A DNA stretch of 64,000 nt, from assembly GCA_963664405.1 (NCBI GenBank), contig OY761158.1, positions 608,001-672,000 on the forward strand. The letters run 5' to 3'. The notes below the pieces were generated by a model that was not told the DNA's origin, made no database searches, and saw only the letters and a program-made list of their open reading frames with translations. The stretch is from Thermoanaerobaculia bacterium (GTDB lineage Bacteria; Acidobacteriota; Thermoanaerobaculia; Multivoradales; Multivoraceae). Numbering within the stretch: the first letter of the stretch is position 1; each line of letters opens with the position of its first letter. This document shows positions 59,907 through 64,000 of the stretch, in pieces. Position numbers and translations under genes: made by a program.

Positions 59907-61718
59907 CTACCCAGCGGACGCGGGAGGGGTAGGGAGACTCAATCTCTTGTCCTTCGCGACTTCGAGAAAAACGATCGGCTCACCGAGATAGCGTACCGCT
60001 AATCCGGCTAGGGTTCCCTCCAAGGCTTCGGTCGGGAGTGCATTGCGGGCAAGGAAGACGCGGCGTCCGCCATCGAGCAGTGCATCGATCGTCTCTCGCA
60101 TCGCGACCGCTTCGTCGAGAGCCGGATTGAGAATCACGATATCTCTCTGTAGCTGAAGAGGACCGAGAGCGTCTTTGATACCGGACCGGGCGAAAACCGC
60201 CGAGCCGTCGACCAGGAAGGGCCCGAGTCGTTTCTGATACTCGTAACGAGAACGCCGGAGACTGCGCGAAGCAGGAAGATCGTCTGCCAGATGCACCATC
60301 AGGGCCCAGGCCAGAGTAGCTCCCAAGACCACGCTCATCGCGAGAGCGGTACTGCGGCGGGCTCGTGCAACGAGCCAGGCGACGGCGAGGAGGAGCGCGA
60401 GAGCGAGGGGCGCCCTCAGCAACACGAGTTGGGCCACCGCAGAGTCGGCCTCGAGCAGCACGAGCGCGGGTATCGCGGCGAGAGCACCGAGAAGAGCGCC
60501 GCCCAAGATCCACTCTCTGCGTAGGGAGACCCCGTCGGCCGCCCAGGCGAGTAACACCGCCATCAGTGGCACCAACTCGTGGAAGTAGCGCTGGTTGAAG
60601 CAAAAACCGTCGGTCCGGTAGATGCCGGAGGTCGAGAACATGAGCAGGGTCAGGACCACGGGGATGGAGAGCAGGCGCAGCTCCTGCTGTGGAGTCGCAC
60701 CGAGAACCCTGCGGAATCCGGATGGAGGCAGCCAGGCCAGCACGACAAGTAGCAAAGGCAACACCATCCACGGGCTCGACTGAAGCCAGGCCTTCTTGAC
60801 CGCACCCACCACCATGTAAGCGCCGGTCGTCGGATCAGGCTGCAAGAAGCTCTCGACGGCCGAGCCTGTCATCGGCGGACGGAAAGAATAGTCCACCACC
60901 CTCGCCCAGGCCATCTTGACTGCGTCCGTGAGAGCGTCGCCGCTCGAAAGAGTCCGGGTCGAGGGCAGGTAGCCCGGCCCCTTGCTGATCGGATTCCAAT
61001 AGCCCATTCGTAGGCCGTTGAGAACGGAGCTCATGGCCAGGGGTATCGCAAGACCGAAACCGTAGGCGCTCGCGAGGCGGAAGCGCCGCGGCGCGAGCAG
61101 CACCAAACCCAAACCGAGAGCGGCGGCGAACAGAATATTCTGATAGCGAACCCCAGTCGCTATGCCCACCGAGATCCCTGCAACGAGGGCCCAGCGAAGC
61201 TGTTGCTCATGCCAGGCCCGACTTGCTGCAACAACTGCCGCGGAGCATAGAAAGACCGTGAGCATATGAGGCCAGACGCCCTGCGCGTACTCGAGCGAGT
61301 AACTCCCCAGGGCGAAGGCGAACGCCGCGATCCACGGGGTCATCGGGCCTGAGCTATGACGACGAGCGTAGGCAAAGACGAGCAGTACCGTGGCCAGAAA
61401 GCACAGCGTGTTCAAGGCCACGAGACCGCGCCAGCCGAGAAGAGAGAAAGGCGCAGCGATAAAAGAATAGAGGGGCGGAACATTCGAGACCACTGGGGTT
61501 TCGAGAACCTGCCGGGAGCTGCCGGCCGGATCGAAGTAGAGGAGCTCTCTGCTCGGCGGCAAACCCTCTGTACCTGGCACCGTCAGACGGCCTTCCATGA
61601 GGCCGACAACGGTCACCAAGTAGTTGTTTTCGTCGATACTGAAGGGGCCAGGAACTAGACTGGCGGTGAGGACGGATCCCAGAACAAGCAGGGCAAGCAG
61701 AAGGCTCCGGGGGAACAC
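59907..61718 (-). CDS. Polytopic membrane protein, probable GT-C glycosyltransferase
   Basis: IDE motif after TM1, PPLY, NQRYF; many TM segments. Confidence 0.7.
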   Translation of the reverse strand: MFPRSLLLALLVLGSVLTASLVPGPFSIDENNYLVTVVGLMEGRLTVPGTEGLPPSRELLYFDPAGSSRQVLETPVVSNVPPLYSFIAAPFSLLGWRGLVALNTLCFLATVLLVFAYARRHSSGPMTPWIAAFAFALGSYSLEYAQGVWPHMLTVFLCSAAVVAASRAWHEQQLRWALVAGISVGIATGVRYQNILFAAALGLGLVLLAPRRFRLASAYGFGLAIPLAMSSVLNGLRMGYWNPISKGPGYLPSTRTLSSGDALTDAVKMAWARVVDYSFRPPMTGSAVESFLQPDPTTGAYMVVGAVKKAWLQSSPWMVLPLLLVVLAWLPPSGFRRVLGATPQQELRLLSIPVVLTLLMFSTSGIYRTDGFCFNQRYFHELVPLMAVLLAWAADGVSLRREWILGGALLGALAAIPALVLLEADSAVAQLVLLRAPLALALLLAVAWLVARARRSTALAMSVVLGATLAWALMVHLADDLPASRSLRRSRYEYQKRLGPFLVDGSAVFARSGIKDALGPLQLQRDIVILNPALDEAVAMRETIDALLDGGRRVFLARNALPTEALEGTLAGLAVRYLGEPIVFLEVAKDKRLSLPTPPASAG

Positions 61719-61762
61719 TCGGCGACCGTAGCACGCGCCTGTAGAGGGTACAATTCAGCCCC

Positions 61763-62572
61763 ATGAAGATCGGCATAGTGCTCAAAAACTCGGGTCCGGC
61801 TTCGCGGCGCGACCTGATCGAGCCGTGCGCGCGCTTCGCCGACAGCGCGGGGCTCGACTCTCTATGGGTGAATGACCACATCGCGATACCTCCCGACGAC
61901 GCCGAGGGATCCGGCGGTCGCTACCTGGACCCGCTCGCCACCCTGGCCTTCGTCGCCGGCGTGACCGAGCGAATCGGTCTCGGAGTCGGGGTGCTCATCC
62001 TTCCCTACCGGCCCTCCCTCGCCACCGCCAAGTGGGTGGCAACGATCCAGGAGCTTTCCGGCGGACGCCTTCTGCTCGGCGTCGGCGTGGGATGGATGGG
62101 AGCGGAATTTCGCGCCCTGGGAGTAGATCGCAGCAAGCGGGGCATCGCCACAGACGCGACGCTCGACTTCCTCCACCGCTGCTTCGGATCCGACCTGGTC
62201 AACGCCAACGGTCAAGAGTTTCTCTTCCTACCTCGGCCGCAACGGCCGCCGATCTTCGTCGGCGGCGCCGCACCCCACGCCTTCCGGCGCGCGCTTCGCT
62301 ACGGCGAGGGATGGATGCCGATGGGAGCCGACGTCGAGAAGCTCGGCCCCGCGATCGAAGAGCTCCACGGCGAGGCGAAAGAGGCCGGCCGGCCGGTTCC
62401 CGAAGTCATAACTTTCGCTCGCCTACCCCTGAGCGATCGCGATCGCGCCCACGACCTGTTGAAGTCACTCGAAACAGTCGGAGTGACTCGGGTGATTCAC
62501 ACCCTCGCCTACGAAGACACCGCTACCTACGAGATGGCTGTAGAAGCACTCGCAGTGCTGCAACAGCGGTGA
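61763..62572 (+). CDS. LLM-class (probably F420-dependent) oxidoreductase
   Basis: DSLWVNDHI, DPLATLAFVAG, LSGGRLLLGVGVGW...EF. Confidence 0.88.
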   Translation: MKIGIVLKNSGPASRRDLIEPCARFADSAGLDSLWVNDHIAIPPDDAEGSGGRYLDPLATLAFVAGVTERIGLGVGVLILPYRPSLATAKWVATIQELSGGRLLLGVGVGWMGAEFRALGVDRSKRGIATDATLDFLHRCFGSDLVNANGQEFLFLPRPQRPPIFVGGAAPHAFRRALRYGEGWMPMGADVEKLGPAIEELHGEAKEAGRPVPEVITFARLPLSDRDRAHDLLKSLETVGVTRVIHTLAYEDTATYEMAVEALAVLQQR

Positions 62573-62603
62573 CAAGGCAGCACAGAAGCGAGTCGAAGCC
62601 GCA

Positions 62604-63746
62604 ATGAAGATCGTCGTTGCCATGGATTCCTTCAAAGGCAGTCTCTCCGCTCATCAAGCTAGCACTGCGGTGCAGCGTGGTCTCGAGCGCGAGATCCCCG
62701 GCGTCAGGGTCGTGTGCTCACCCATGGCCGATGGCGGAGACGGGACTGCCGCAGTCCTCCGCAACGCCCTCGACGGTCAATGGATCGAAGAAGAAACCGC
62801 CGGGCCTCTCCCCATGCAGCGTGTGCAGGCCGGCTATCTATGGATGCCGAGGCAGGGCCCGGGTGCGTTGGTCGAAATGGCATCCGCAAGCGGTCTCTCG
62901 CTGCTTGGACCCGGCCAGTTGGACCCTCTACGCACGACTACCGTCGGCACCGGCCAGCTCTTGGAGCGAGCTGCGAGAAAAGGCGCCAGGAAGCTGTGGC
63001 TCACGCTCGGCGGTAGCGCAACCGTCGACGGCGGAGTCGGAGCCGCCACCGCCCTCGGCTGGCGATTCCGCGACCACGAAGGGCTCCTCGTGGAGCCTGG
63101 TGGTGGGCACCTCGAGAACATCGTCACTCTGGTTCCACCCGAAAGGGCGACCCTGCCCGAGTGCGAGGTTCTCTGCGACGTCGACAACCCGCTGGTCGGC
63201 GAACGAGGCGCAGCGCGGATCTTCGGGCCGCAGAAGGGAGCCACCCCCGAACAAGTCAAGCAACTGGAGACCGGCCTGGAGAACCTGGCGCTGCGGTGGA
63301 GGGAGCAGCTCGGCCTCGATCTGAGCGAGACCCCGGGGGGCGGGGCCGCGGGAGGATTCGGGGCCGGTGCGATCGCGTTCTTCGGCGCCGATCTCAAGCA
63401 AGGCGGTCGAGCGGTCTCCGAGCTTACTGGGCTGGCCGAGAAGCTGGAGGATGCGAGCTGGGTGATCACCGGCGAGGGACGCCTAGATCGCCAATCTCTG
63501 GATGGCAAAGTGGTCTCAGCCGTCCTCGAGAAAGCCCTGGTAAAGGGCGTGGACGTGGCGGTCATTGCCGGTCAAGTCGCGCTTTCACCGGAGGAAGCCC
63601 TGGCGTCAGGCCTACGAGCCGCCGAGGCGGCCATGCCCACCGATCTCTCCCTCGGCCAGGCACTCGAACAAGCTGAGAGCTTGCTCGAAGGGGCGGCGCG
63701 GCGCTTCGCAAGATCCTTCCTAGAGAGCGGCTCGAACGGCAACTAG
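62604..63746 (+). CDS. Glycerate kinase
   Basis: DSFKGSL, PMADGGDGT, LGGSATVDGG, FGPQKGA, ITGEG, GKV. Confidence 0.95.
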   Translation: MKIVVAMDSFKGSLSAHQASTAVQRGLEREIPGVRVVCSPMADGGDGTAAVLRNALDGQWIEEETAGPLPMQRVQAGYLWMPRQGPGALVEMASASGLSLLGPGQLDPLRTTTVGTGQLLERAARKGARKLWLTLGGSATVDGGVGAATALGWRFRDHEGLLVEPGGGHLENIVTLVPPERATLPECEVLCDVDNPLVGERGAARIFGPQKGATPEQVKQLETGLENLALRWREQLGLDLSETPGGGAAGGFGAGAIAFFGADLKQGGRAVSELTGLAEKLEDASWVITGEGRLDRQSLDGKVVSAVLEKALVKGVDVAVIAGQVALSPEEALASGLRAAEAAMPTDLSLGQALEQAESLLEGAARRFARSFLESGSNGN

Positions 63747-63907
63747 ACCAGCGTTTCCAAAGTTCCCGCACATATCTCGGCCCCTTCTGCCCGCTGGCGG
63801 CGTTGCGCCTCCTCGACATATTCCCCAATATGCCTGCGTCGGCGCGCCTGGCCAGCGAACAGAATGACCTCGAGCTATGTGCACGAACGCTGGAAACGCT
63901 GGTCTAG
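63743..63907 (-). repeat. CTAG-bounded palindromic element, copy 6 (arm type C)
   Basis: ctagaccagcgtttcca...tggaaacgctggtctag; the left CTAG contains the glycerate kinase stop codon. Confidence 0.92.
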
Positions 63908-64000
63908 ACCACCCGCTGTCGTTGACGGCCCTGAAACTCGGCGAGTACGATGCTCCGTATGCGCACACTCACCGCCGCTCTCGCTCTGTCCCTCCTTCTG

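Overview
High-GC bacterial chromosome window. The Ser/Thr kinase-TM-TolB/PD40 propeller architecture and the stand-alone EF-G suggest an Acidobacteriota-like organism (inference only). Positions 1-9.9 kb are a mobile, rearranged zone. It holds an IS3-family element inserted into an IS66-like transposase gene, a recently duplicated pair of membrane Ser/Thr kinases (one truncated), a 5'-truncated TPR gene, and a 2.5-kb element encoding a tyrosine recombinase plus an IS91-like HUH transposase bounded by 18-bp inverted repeats. The rest is mostly metabolic, housekeeping and envelope genes: acyl-CoA metabolism, fusA, dinB, a flap endonuclease, heme A synthase, glycosyltransferases and glycerate kinase. 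Signals the ORF track misses include (i) a probable DsbA/FrnE-like selenoprotein (in-frame TGA giving UPWC, followed by a SECIS-like hairpin); (ii) six CTAG-bounded palindromic elements (five of 165-167 bp, one of 244 bp) plus a shorter relative, sharing a conserved core but with different self-complementary arms; (iii) two REP-like tandem arrays sharing one hairpin; (iv) five copies of a fixed-length 27-bp TGTCGY-N15-GCGACA motif around the kinases; and (v) several gene remnants. I recognised no rRNA, tRNA or CRISPR array.
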